Assembly (NCBI GenBank): GCA_965214865.1
Contig: CBDCCN010000004.1
Coordinates: 3,338,942-3,402,941 of the forward strand
Source of the DNA: Vicinamibacterales bacterium
GTDB taxonomy: Bacteria > Acidobacteriota > Vicinamibacteria > Vicinamibacterales > UBA8438
DNA: 64,000 bases
Direction: 5' to 3'
Shown here: positions 48,733-60,195 of the stretch, piece by piece
Numbering within the stretch: position 1 is the stretch's first letter
Layout: the number at the start of each line of letters is the position of its first letter
The notes under the pieces: model-generated
Database searches by the model: none
Told to the model about the DNA's origin: nothing
Seen by the model: the letters and a program-made list of their open reading frames with translations, nothing else
Program-made: the position numbers and the translations under genes

Positions 48733-49389
48733 ATGTCCGCCGACGAGGTCGTTGAACTCGCGCCCGGTGCGTTCCATCTGCCGGGATTCCTGTCGCCGTC
48801 CGAGCAGCGCCGCGTGCTGGACGTGGTGCAGGCGCTCGCCGCGGAGCCGGCCGGTTTCTACCGCCCGCGGGTGCGCGGCGGCGGCCTCATGCACTGCGAC
48901 ATGCTCTGCCTCGGCCGGCACTGGAACGCGCGGACCTATACCTACGAACCGTCGAGGTCGGATCACGACGGCCTTCCGGCGCCCGCGCTGCCGCCCGCGC
49001 TGGCGCGCCTGGGGGTGGACGCGGCCGCGGCTGTCGGTTTCACCCTCGTCCCTGACATCTGCCTCGTCAACCGCTACGGCGACGACGGCAGGATGGGGCT
49101 GCACCAGGACAAGGACGAGGACCGGTCCACGCTGGACGCCGGCGTGCCGGTGGTTTCGCTCTCGGTCGGCGCCGCCGCCCGGTTCCTGCTCGGCGGGTTG
49201 CGCCGCCGCGAGCCGACCACCGCTATCGATTTGCGATCGGGCGATGCGTTCGTGATGGGCGGGGCCAGCCGGTTGCGGTACCACGGGGTGGCGCGCATCC
49301 TGCGCGGGTCGGGACCGCCGGCGCTGGGGCTGTGTGGGAGGGTCAGCTTGACGTTCCGGCAGTACGCCCTGCCCGCGCCGTCGAGCTGA
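48733..49389 (+). CDS. alkB: AlkB-family 2OG-Fe(II) dioxygenase
   Basis: PDICLVNRY...MGLHQDKDE, VSLSVG, RLRYHGV, RVSLTFR. Confidence 0.9.
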   Translation: MSADEVVELAPGAFHLPGFLSPSEQRRVLDVVQALAAEPAGFYRPRVRGGGLMHCDMLCLGRHWNARTYTYEPSRSDHDGLPAPALPPALARLGVDAAAAVGFTLVPDICLVNRYGDDGRMGLHQDKDEDRSTLDAGVPVVSLSVGAAARFLLGGLRRREPTTAIDLRSGDAFVMGGASRLRYHGVARILRGSGPPALGLCGRVSLTFRQYALPAPSS

Positions 49390-49660
49390 CCCGCCTGTCC
49401 GAGCCGGCGGCCGACGTCGAGGCGGCGGGAGACGGCAGGCGCCGGCTGCGTCACGCTGACCCACCGGGGAGCCGCGTTCGCCGGCGGGCCGTTCGGATGC
49501 GGTCACGCCCACTCAGGCCGTCGTTCCGCCCTTCCACGACAATCTTGTAGCCTGCGCCCGGAACCGCAGGTATTCTCCGCAGGAACGCGAAGCATGGGAA
49601 CCGGTCCGGCCGCGGTCGGATCGCGAATCCGGGGACTCCGATCTCAGAGGCAGATCCACG

Positions 49661-51835
<2,175 letters not shown>

Positions 51836-51837
51836 TG

Positions 51838-52093
51838 TGAACGCGGCCCGCGGCGTCCATCCTGGCGTACAGGATGCGAACGATCAGGATGTCGTCGTCA
51901 CCCTGCACGTAGAACACGGCGTGCGAACGATGCTCGAGCGTCGAAGACCAGGTCGAAGCCGTTCCGAGCTTCTGCCAAGTCGTGGATTCTCCGCCGGAGT
52001 CCGGGAGCAGGCTTCCAGATCGTCACGATACCGATGTGCCTGCTCGACGCCGAAGGTCTCGATGGTGTAGCGGGCGATGGCGCCGGGATCCTC
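51838..52093 (-). pseudogene. parE: ParE-family toxin remnant (5' truncated, frameshifted)
   Basis: IARYTIETFGVEQAHRY...ENPRLGRS...LRPGLRR, frameshift, EHRSHAVFY...ILIVRILYARMD. Confidence 0.8.
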
Positions 52094-52361
52094 GGGGCCG
52101 GAACGCGCGCAGGATGGTGCCCGCGGTCGGTCGAGGTGGACTTCGTCGATGGTGACCCCATCGTCGTCGAGCCGCCTGATCAGCGTGGCGGCCAGGCGCA
52201 GAAGGATGTCCTGGTACGCCAGGTTGTCGGGGTCGAGATCCTGCGCTGCATCCGCAGCCGCGGCGCCCACGGAAACAGGTGGTTGGCCGCGGTCGGGCGG
52301 CATCCTGAGGTGCCGCGTGGATGTACTCTCAGCGCCCTCCACGCCGAGTGCGCGCTAGCCC

Positions 52362-53432
52362 CAATACTGTTGCTTTAGCTGCCTGGCGCGACGATGCGTG
52401 GAGTCCAATCCCACTTGCGACGGGACATCGGACCCGGGCGGCGAAGTGGATAGCCGCTCATCTTCCGCTTGACGCCGCGGGGCTTCTTCTGCCCGCGACT
52501 GGAGACCACCCGCTCTTCCAGAATCTCGTCCAGCACGCGGTCGCGAAGCCGCTCATTCGAAGCCGAAGGGGGAAACGCCGGGGTTCTCGACGCGCCGGCG
52601 CAGGACCCGCACGGCGTGGACGAACGACAGACGGTCCGGGTCCTCGTCCACCTTGCGCGCCGCCTCGTGGATCAGGCGCCGCACAGCGTAATGCGCCAGC
52701 ATCAGGCCGTGGACTTCCTGCAGCACCAGTTCCGGCGTCTTGCTGCGCAGGATCGCGCCGGGTCCCAGGATGTGCGTCTTGACTTCGTCGCAGGTGGCCT
52801 CCACTTCCCAACGCTTGTGGTACAAGGCGGCGACCTCGGCGGCCGGGTCGAGCAGGGTGGTGGCCAAGCGGCAGACATCGTCGCTTACGCCGTCAAGCGT
52901 GTACTCGACGACCCGGACGGGGTATTCTCCCCGACTGCGCCGACGGTCCTGGCCGCTGCCCCGCAGCACGCTCCGGTAGGAACCGTCGTCGAAGCGCTCC
53001 AGCACCGGCAGGCGCAGATTCGCCTTCATCCGCCACAGCAGATCGGCGCCGGTGTCCGCCGCCTGCCGCCAAAGCGGGAAGCTGCAGTAGCCCCGGTCGG
53101 CCAGCACCAACATCCCCGCGGACAACCACGGCAGCAATGCCTCGACCTGCGCCGCCTCCGATTCGGCATACGCGCCCGCCCGCCAGGCGAACGCCGCCCG
53201 CGTGCCCAATTCCACCAGCGCCGTCAAGCGCACCTGCTGGAAGGCAGCACGGCCACGCGACGCCCCGGGCGCCCCGAACGTCTCCCGGTTCCCCGCTTCG
53301 TCCGGCACGTTCAGATAGTCCGACAGGCGCGGACCCCCCGGCAGAACCGCTTGTGTTCGGGACATCCACCCCTCCGCTTCTCTGTCTGGAGGACAGCAAT
53401 ACAGGGAGGCAGATGTTAAAGCAACAGTATTG
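52362..53432 (-). mobile_element. IS4-family insertion sequence, internally deleted
   Basis: Perfect 16-bp TIRs CAATACTGTTGCTTTA (52362-77) / TAAAGCAACAGTATTG (53417-32); degenerate 10-bp flanks GCGCTAGCCC / GCGTTAGCTA. Confidence 0.9.
52553..53365 (-). pseudogene. IS4 transposase lacking the N-terminal domain and first catalytic Asp
   Basis: LADRGY, ADLLWR, LYHKRWEVE..DEVKTH, LRSKTPELVLQE, DPDRLSF; N-terminus RLSDYL joins directly to NVPDEAGN..FG. Confidence 0.8.
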
Positions 53433-53540
53433 GCGTTAGCTAGCTAGGGAAATCCCCGTTTCCGCGAACATTCCGATGCAGCCTACCCTGGATTCTGTCC
53501 GCCGGGCTGATGGGCGGTCCGGCACTTCGCGGGAGGTCTG

Positions 53541-53798
53541 ATGCGACTGAAACGAGCCCTGCTAATGCTGTTCTTGCTCGTCATCATGAGCATAGTCGTG
53601 GGAGCGGACTCACGGCTGAGACCGCGCGACGGGGAAATATGCGCGACCTCTCACCACGATTGCCGAAGGCACTGCCGGCAGGCTGAGCTTCCCGAGCTCC
53701 TCGGCAACGTCTGGCACCACGAGTACTGCGTGGCACCAGACGGGGATGTCACCACGCGGCGCTCCCATCCACACAACCGGACCTGTTGCTGGCTGTAG
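53541..53798 (+). CDS. Small secreted Cys/His-rich peptide
   Basis: GGGAGG RBS; signal peptide; mature part has 6 Cys and 7 His, ends TCCWL. Confidence 0.65.
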   Translation: MRLKRALLMLFLLVIMSIVVGADSRLRPRDGEICATSHHDCRRHCRQAELPELLGNVWHHEYCVAPDGDVTTRRSHPHNRTCCWL

Positions 53799-53847
53799 TC
53801 GGTGGGCGGTGCCAGCGTTTCTTCGGGCTATCGAAAGGAGAGGACAG

Positions 53848-54510
53848 ATGAACATCTCACGACTCGTTCTCTTGCTCGGGTTCATCGTTCTAGCCGGGCA
53901 CGGAACGCTCGCCCAGGACGGTCCGTCGGTCGTCATGATGACCTTCGACGACGTCTACATCTCGCCAGAGGGCGACCGCGATGTCATGAAGACCGGCCGG
54001 ATCTACCTGACGCCGGTCACCGACGGCCGGTTTCGGATAGATCGGCACCGCTTCGTCGACGGCGAGGTCGAGCGAACTACTGAGGTTACCGACGGGGACC
54101 GGCGCATCACCATCAACCACAACATGGAGATCGCGCTGTGGGGACCGGCGGGAACCTGGTGGGAAATGCCGTCGACGGTGCCGATGGCTACTCTGCACAT
54201 TCCGGATTCCGATGCGACGGTGGATGATCAGGACCACGACACTGCCGAGCAGTTGAAGACCGGCAACGTCGTCACGGTCGGCCCGGCCATTCTGATCGAG
54301 TGGGCGGGCGGCATGGAGGACGGCACGCGGGTGGTCTCCCGGCAGGACCAGCAGTCCGGTAAGTTCGTCGCGACGCAGATCACGCTGCCTGATGGCTCGA
54401 TGACAGGAGAAGTCATCACGTCGGCTGCGCGCACCGTGGTCCCGATGAACACGTTCGAAATCCCGCAGAACTACACGGTCCAGTCGGTCGTCAGAGGAGG
54501 GCGGCGGTGA
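53848..54510 (+). CDS. Secreted beta-rich hypothetical protein (LolA-like?)
   Basis: AAAGGAGAGG RBS; signal peptide ending TLA-Q; GRIY...DGRFRID and C-terminal FEIPQNY. Confidence 0.7.
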   Translation: MNISRLVLLLGFIVLAGHGTLAQDGPSVVMMTFDDVYISPEGDRDVMKTGRIYLTPVTDGRFRIDRHRFVDGEVERTTEVTDGDRRITINHNMEIALWGPAGTWWEMPSTVPMATLHIPDSDATVDDQDHDTAEQLKTGNVVTVGPAILIEWAGGMEDGTRVVSRQDQQSGKFVATQITLPDGSMTGEVITSAARTVVPMNTFEIPQNYTVQSVVRGGRR

Positions 54511-54982
54511 AGCTCCAGACCGTGGCGGACGGCGTGTCGGTCGTGGCAGGGCTGGCAACCTGCTGGTGATCGCCAGCCTGTTCTGGCCGGTTGATGCCAC
54601 GCCGAAGCCCTTCAAGGACGTGCGTATCGATGAGTCGGTCGGCATCGACTTCTCGGCGTATCCGCGGACGCTGATGATGGTGCTCCACTCGGAGTGCGGG
54701 TACTGCCACGAGTCGGTGCCGTTCTACCGTCGCGTGATCACGCGCGCCGTCGATCTACAGGTCGTCGTCGTTGCATCGTCCGACGACGTGGGAATCGGCG
54801 ACTACCTCGACGCGGCTGGTCTCGACCCGCACGCGCTCGTGTTCGTGGATCGTGGACAGCTCCCGGTGCCGGCAACGCCGACTCTGATGCTGGTCAAAGC
54901 CGACGGCACGGCCACGCATGCCTGGATCGGCCTGCTCGACGCCGAACGCGAGGAGGGCGTGCTCGACGTACTGTTCGGCTGA
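54507..54982 (+). pseudogene. Membrane-anchored thioredoxin-like CxxC protein with a 1-nt frameshift near 54560
   Basis: GAGGAGG RBS + GTG54507; VKLQTVADGVSVVAGLAT / LVIASLFW...RTLMMVLHSECGYCHESVPFY...ATPTLMLV..DG....WIG. Confidence 0.7.
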
Positions 54983-55356
54983 TCTTTCCGTCGATTCGCC
55001 GGGGCCGTGATCGTGCGGCCCCGGCACCATTCCGAAATGAACGACCTCGGGCCGATCTGTTCCTGTTCGGCGCAGGTCTTTGGCGGGCTGCTGAGCCGCC
55101 ACGAATAATGCTGGCTGGGAGTTTCACAAGTGGCTCTAGCTAAGCTAGGGTTAGAGGAACGAAGACTGTACTCTCCCCGCGCCTTCCGTGTCGACCCACC
55201 GGGGGTCGTTCGATCCGTCGAGAGGCTCGTCGAGCTGCGGCGAGCGGTTGACCTCCCAGAGATCCCAGAGATCGTCAGGCGGCGTATACGGCGAACTCAA
55301 CGCAGCACTCACTTGCAGGCCGGTCGTGGAATCGAACTTCCAGCATGGTACCAGCT

Positions 55357-57525
55357 TCAGGCCGGTATTTCCGGGACGCGGGGCACGATCACGGCGTCGA
55401 GCGCCACGGCGCCGTGGCCGCCCGGAAGCACGACGAACGGGTTGACCTCGGCGGTTTCGATCCGGTCGCCGTGCTCCGCCGCGAAGGCCGACAGGGCTGA
55501 TAGAGCCGCCGCCAGGGCGGCCACGTCGTACGGTCCGTTGCCGCGGGCCCCGCGCAACACCTTGGCGGCGCGCGTCTCCGCGATCATCCGGTGCGCTTCG
55601 GCCTTGCCGAACGGCGCCACGCGGAAGCTCACGTCCCCGATCACCTCCACGAAGGTCCCGCCCAGACCGAACATGACGACCGGACCGAACGTCGGGTCGT
55701 GACGGATACCGAGAATGGTCTCGATGCCACCTGTGATCATCGGCGCGATCAGCATGCCCTCGATGCGGATTTCCGGGTCCGCCGCGCGGGCGCGCGACAT
55801 GACCGTCTCATAGGCCTGCCGCGCCTCCGCTTCGTTCGACACGTCGAGCACCACGCCGCCGACCTCGGTCTTGTGCAGGACGCCCGGTGCGCACAGCTTG
55901 ACCGCCACGGGCCCGCCGAACGCGGCGGCGATGCGCGCGGCCTCGTCTGCGGTCCGCGCCAGCTCCTCCGCCACCACCGGCACTCCTGCTTCCGACAGCA
56001 GGCGCTTCGCCTCCCGTTCCGAGAGGGGGCCGTCGGGGAGGTTCGCCCTGCGCGGCGCGATGGCCGGGGTATCCGCCGTGGTGTCTGTGCACGGCCCGAT
56101 GGTGGGGACGTCCGCGTTTCCGTCCGTTCCGGCCGCGAAGATCCGGCTGAACCGGTGCAGCGCCGCGACGGATCGCACCGCGCGGGTCGGGTCCTCGAAC
56201 ACCGGACAGCCGACCGCCTCGTACTGGCGCACGACGTCCGGCGGGGCGACGATGGACAGCACCAGCGCGCAGCCGGGCCGCCGCTCGCGGGCCGCATGGA
56301 TAGCCTGCCGAATCGGTTCGACCATCCCGTCGGCCGCGGCGACGTAGGTGAAGAAGGCGACGACGGCGTCGTGCTGCTCCTCCTCGAACACGATCCCGAG
56401 GTTGTCGGCGATGAGCTCCACCCGGTTGAACGCCTGCGCGGTGATGTCGACCGGGTTGCGCGGCGAGGCGTAGGGAAGCGCGGCCTTCAGCCGGGTCTGG
56501 GCCGACTCGCTGAGCGGCGCCACGTCGAGGCCGAAGCCGACCGCTGCGTCCGCCATCTGTACGCCGACCCCGCCGGAAATGGAGACGAGGGCGACCTGCG
56601 GGCTCTGCGGAAAGACGCCGAAGCTCGCCGCGTAGGCGATGTCCAGCATCTCGTCCGTGTCGCGCGCCCGGTAGGCGCCGAACTGGCGGAACGCCGCCTC
56701 GTAGATCGGGTCCGCGCCGGCGAGCGACGCCGTGTGCGATTGGGCCGCCTGCGCGCCGACCGCGGTGACCCCGACCTTCTGGAACACCACCGGCTTGCGG
56801 CGCGCGCGGGCCGTCCCGAGGGCGCGCACGAGAGCGTCCCGGTCGGTGACCCCCTCGGCGTGGGCCATGATGACCGAGACGTCGTCCTGCTCCGCCAGCC
56901 ACCCGAGCACTTCGGGCACCGACACGTCCGCCTCGTTGCCGGTCGTCACCCAGTAGCGGACGTCGATGTTGCGCTTGCGGGCCAGCAGCGACAGGTGGCT
57001 GCCGTAGGCGCCGCTCTGGCTGACCAGCGCGACGCGGCCGGGCGCCGGGAAACCGTCCTCGAGCGTCGTGCTGAACGTGGCGAAGAAGCCGAGCTCCGAG
57101 TTGTAGACGCCGAGGCAGTTGGGACCTACGATGCGGAGGCCGGTCTCCGCCGCGATGGCGCTGAGCCGCTGCTGGTGGCGGCGGCCTTCGGCGCCCATCT
57201 CCGCGAAGCCGGCGCTGTAGATGACCGCGACCCGCACCCTGCGTGCGGCGCAGGCCTCGACCGTATCCACCACGCTCGGCGCGGGCACGGCGACGATGGC
57301 CAGGTCGACCGCTTCCGGCACGTCGTCGATGCGCGGGAACGCCGGGAGTCCCTGCACCTCGGCGTGTTTCGGATTGACGGGGTAGACCCGCCCGGCGTAG
57401 TCCGCGGCGCGCAGGTACCGGATCGGCCGCCCGCCGATGCGCGTCGGGTCGTTCGAGGCGCCGATGACGGCGACCGACGCGGGCCGCAGCAGGGCGTCGA
57501 GGGATCGGTTCGGTGCCGTGGTCAT
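55357..57525 (-). CDS. Acetate--CoA ligase (ADP-forming) family protein
   Basis: SVAVIGAS, YPVNP, GPNCLG, SQSGA, ASHTASLAG-like motif, NPVDIT, HKTEVGGV, FGPVVMFGLGG, EVNPF. Confidence 0.93.
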   Translation of the reverse strand: MTTAPNRSLDALLRPASVAVIGASNDPTRIGGRPIRYLRAADYAGRVYPVNPKHAEVQGLPAFPRIDDVPEAVDLAIVAVPAPSVVDTVEACAARRVRVAVIYSAGFAEMGAEGRRHQQRLSAIAAETGLRIVGPNCLGVYNSELGFFATFSTTLEDGFPAPGRVALVSQSGAYGSHLSLLARKRNIDVRYWVTTGNEADVSVPEVLGWLAEQDDVSVIMAHAEGVTDRDALVRALGTARARRKPVVFQKVGVTAVGAQAAQSHTASLAGADPIYEAAFRQFGAYRARDTDEMLDIAYAASFGVFPQSPQVALVSISGGVGVQMADAAVGFGLDVAPLSESAQTRLKAALPYASPRNPVDITAQAFNRVELIADNLGIVFEEEQHDAVVAFFTYVAAADGMVEPIRQAIHAARERRPGCALVLSIVAPPDVVRQYEAVGCPVFEDPTRAVRSVAALHRFSRIFAAGTDGNADVPTIGPCTDTTADTPAIAPRRANLPDGPLSEREAKRLLSEAGVPVVAEELARTADEAARIAAAFGGPVAVKLCAPGVLHKTEVGGVVLDVSNEAEARQAYETVMSRARAADPEIRIEGMLIAPMITGGIETILGIRHDPTFGPVVMFGLGGTFVEVIGDVSFRVAPFGKAEAHRMIAETRAAKVLRGARGNGPYDVAALAAALSALSAFAAEHGDRIETAEVNPFVVLPGGHGAVALDAVIVPRVPEIPA

Positions 57526-57552
57526 CGGCAAGCTTAGACTACCAGTCCTGGG

Positions 57553-58332
57553 ATGCCGCGCGGGACCATCAGGATCATCGGGGCGTCGCCGGCGGCAGCG
57601 ACCTGGGTCGCGTCACTCGCGGATGCGGGCTACGCGATAGACAGGGATCTGTTCACCGGCCCGGACGACCTCAAGCGCCTGGCGCGTCAGCCGCCGCAGG
57701 CGGTCGTGATCGATCTCGACCGGGCCCCGGCGCGGGGTCGGGACATCGCCCTCGCGCTGCGCCAGCGGGTGGCGACGCGGCGCGTCCCGATCGTGTTCGT
57801 CGCGTCCGACCGGGACGTGTTCACGCGGCTCGAGGCGCTGCCGCTCGAGACCATGCACGCCGCCCCGGAGGACGTCGTCACCGCGGCGGCCAGCGCCCTC
57901 GCCATGCCCCCGAGCGGCGCCGCGCCCCCGCCGGCGGCTGTCGCCGGCCATTCCGGCACGCCGCTGCCCCGCAAGCTCGGCATCAAGCCGGGGACGCGGG
58001 TCGTGCTGGTGAAGCCTCCGGACGGCTTCACCGAGCTGCTCGATCCGCTGCCGCCCGACGTGGCGCTCCGGACGACGAACCGCGGCGTCCGCGATGTCAC
58101 CCTCTGGTTCACGCGCTCGCGGCGGGAACTGGAGCGCGGCATGAAGCGGATGGCGCAGGCCGCCGGCGACGGGCGACTCTGGATCGTGTGGCCGAAGAAG
58201 ACCTCGCCCCTGGCTGCCGATCACTCCGGGGCCGACGTGCGGCGCGTCGGGCTCGCGGCCGGGCTCGTCGATTTCAAGGTCTGCGCCGTGGACGAGGACT
58301 GGTCCGGCCTGGCGTTCGCCCGCCGGCGGTGA
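57553..58332 (+). CDS. Receiver-like domain fused to a DUF3052 domain
   Basis: PPQAVVIDLDR...VPIVFV; GHSGTPLPRKLGIK, LWIVWPKK, GLVDFKVCAVDEDWSGL. Confidence 0.8.
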   Translation: MPRGTIRIIGASPAAATWVASLADAGYAIDRDLFTGPDDLKRLARQPPQAVVIDLDRAPARGRDIALALRQRVATRRVPIVFVASDRDVFTRLEALPLETMHAAPEDVVTAAASALAMPPSGAAPPPAAVAGHSGTPLPRKLGIKPGTRVVLVKPPDGFTELLDPLPPDVALRTTNRGVRDVTLWFTRSRRELERGMKRMAQAAGDGRLWIVWPKKTSPLAADHSGADVRRVGLAAGLVDFKVCAVDEDWSGLAFARRR

Positions 58333-58351
58333 TCCGCGCGGAACCGTCCGC

Positions 58352-60067
58352 TCAATCCGTCTGCAGCAGATGGTGGTACTCCAGCGCCGCCCCGAGCACC
58401 ATGGCGCCGCCGCGATCGTCCGCGCCGTTGACGGCGGGCCGGTCGAGGTAGTGCCGCTGCGTCGGGCCGGCCCCGGTGCTGAAGCAGACGTCGACCAGCG
58501 CGCCGTCCTCCAGCACGTGGGCGAGCAGGGCGCGCCACGCCCGGTCGACCACCGGCCGGTAGGAGGCGTCGAGCCACCCCAACCGGATCCCGCGGGCCAT
58601 GGCGGTCAGGGTCATCGCGGTGACGCTGGTCTCCCGGTAGCTGCCCGGCACGTCGACGACCTGCCGCCACATGCCGTCGGGCGCCTGCCGGGCGCGCATC
58701 GCGGCGAGGTGGCGGCGGTGGACGTCGAGCACCGCCGTGCGATCCGGGTGGTCCGCCGGGAGGACCGTCAGCAGCTCGGAGAGGCCGAGTGCGCCGAAGC
58801 CGTTGCCGCGGCCCCACGCGGTCGGGGCGTCCGCGTCGTGGTGGAACAGCCCGTCCGGCTGCTGCAGCCGGGCCGCAGTGGTCGTGACCAGCCGGACGGC
58901 GGCGGCGAGTCCCTCCGGATCGCCCGCGCGGACCGCGGCGATCGTGCCGAGGAAGAAGTCGTCGCTCCAGCCGGACGCGCGCCGGGGGACGCCGGGCGCC
59001 GTCTCCGCCGCCGCCAGTGCGACTCCCTCAGCCGCGAGCCGCGCCGCGGCTTCCCGGTGCTCCGCCGACGATTGCGCGACCGCGCTGAAGATCATCGTTC
59101 CCGCCAGCGCGGCGAAGGAGATCCGGTCGCCGAACAGCGGCCCGCCGCCGGAGAGCCACGGGCGGATCTCTTCCAGCACCTTGTCGCGCAGCGACGCGTC
59201 GCCGTCGAGGGCGGCGAGCCGCAGGGTGTGCACCCAGGCGAGCGCCGGGATGTAGCTGATGCTCGGCGTGCCGGGGTAGCGCCGGGCCAGCAGCCGCGCG
59301 ACGGTGAGCGGGTCGCGCTGCAACCGGCGATCCAGCGCGTCTCGCAGCGGCGAGCGCCGGTACGGGAGCTCTGTGGCGCGAGCCAGCACCTCGCGCATGA
59401 CAGTTGCGCCGTCGGCAACGCCGGCCGTCGCGACCAGCGTGTCGACGAGGCCGAGGCCCGTGTGGTTCGCCGGGTGAGCCAACGCCGCGGCCAGCGATCC
59501 GACGGGCACTCCGTCGGCGTCGGGTCCGCTGCTGGCCCGCACGCGCAGCTCGTCCCCGGCGCGCACCTCCACGACGAGGTCGGGCGCCTGATAGGCGACC
59601 CAGCGCCAGACGTAGCGGCTCTCCGGCCGGTCCGGATCGTCGAAGAACCCGTCGACCGGCGGAAACGTGGCCGCCGGGCCGGCCGCGTCGGCGCCGGGCA
59701 GGGCGAGCGGGAGGGCGCTCACCAGCCAGCGCGCGCGCTCCGATGCCGGCGCCTCCGTCTTGAACCAGCGCACCGCGTCGAGCACGATGCCGGCGGTCTC
59801 CGCGTCGCCGTCGAGTCCGCCGACCAGTACGAGCCGGCGCTCGGGACGAGACGCGTCGAACGGCCACCCGTTCTCGAGGGTGAGCAGCGGCACATCGTCC
59901 CGCGTCGTGCCGGCCGCGCTCACGATGCGCGGTTCGCCGCCGACCCCGGCGAGTGCGTCCAGCGCTGCCGCCAGTGCAGCCGTTCCCGCGGGAGAGGACT
60001 GGGCATGTACGTGCACGGTTCCAGCGAGGGCCGGCCCCAGCGCGGCGACACCGACGGCGCGGCGCAC
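58352..60067 (-). CDS. GH88/GH105-like glycoside hydrolase with an N-terminal M14-carboxypeptidase-like domain
   Basis: C-terminal WSDDFF, DGLFHH, WGRGNG, DGMWRQV, ETSVTAM; N-terminal LVGGLDG, PESRYVWRW..QAPDLVVE; start uncertain (up to 60199). Confidence 0.8.
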   Translation of the reverse strand: MRRAVGVAALGPALAGTVHVHAQSSPAGTAALAAALDALAGVGGEPRIVSAAGTTRDDVPLLTLENGWPFDASRPERRLVLVGGLDGDAETAGIVLDAVRWFKTEAPASERARWLVSALPLALPGADAAGPAATFPPVDGFFDDPDRPESRYVWRWVAYQAPDLVVEVRAGDELRVRASSGPDADGVPVGSLAAALAHPANHTGLGLVDTLVATAGVADGATVMREVLARATELPYRRSPLRDALDRRLQRDPLTVARLLARRYPGTPSISYIPALAWVHTLRLAALDGDASLRDKVLEEIRPWLSGGGPLFGDRISFAALAGTMIFSAVAQSSAEHREAAARLAAEGVALAAAETAPGVPRRASGWSDDFFLGTIAAVRAGDPEGLAAAVRLVTTTAARLQQPDGLFHHDADAPTAWGRGNGFGALGLSELLTVLPADHPDRTAVLDVHRRHLAAMRARQAPDGMWRQVVDVPGSYRETSVTAMTLTAMARGIRLGWLDASYRPVVDRAWRALLAHVLEDGALVDVCFSTGAGPTQRHYLDRPAVNGADDRGGAMVLGAALEYHHLLQTD

Positions 60068-60195
60068 GCCGAACCGAATCCGCCGCCTTCGGCGTGCTTC
60101 GCAGCATGCCGCGCCGGCGGGGTCGATGGAGGGTGCGGGGTCGCGCCGGATACCGGATACGTGCTGCAAGGAATCGTTCGTCACCACGTTTACCT

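Noticed and set aside
49390-49660. Riboswitch in the leader of the radical SAM gene
   Set aside because: No recognisable SAM or cobalamin consensus by eye; an Rfam search would be needed
54567-54569. TGA after Cys-Trp as a second selenocysteine codon
   Set aside because: The thioredoxin domain continues in a different frame; a 1-nt deletion explains it and read-through gives nonsense
55315-55345. tRNA-like GTTCGATTCC on the minus strand (possible att site)
   Set aside because: Flanks do not form a T-stem or acceptor stem, and there is no CCA end
55130-55702. ORF-track entry 55130-55702 (+)
   Set aside because: Mostly antisense to the CoA ligase gene, with no RBS or motifs
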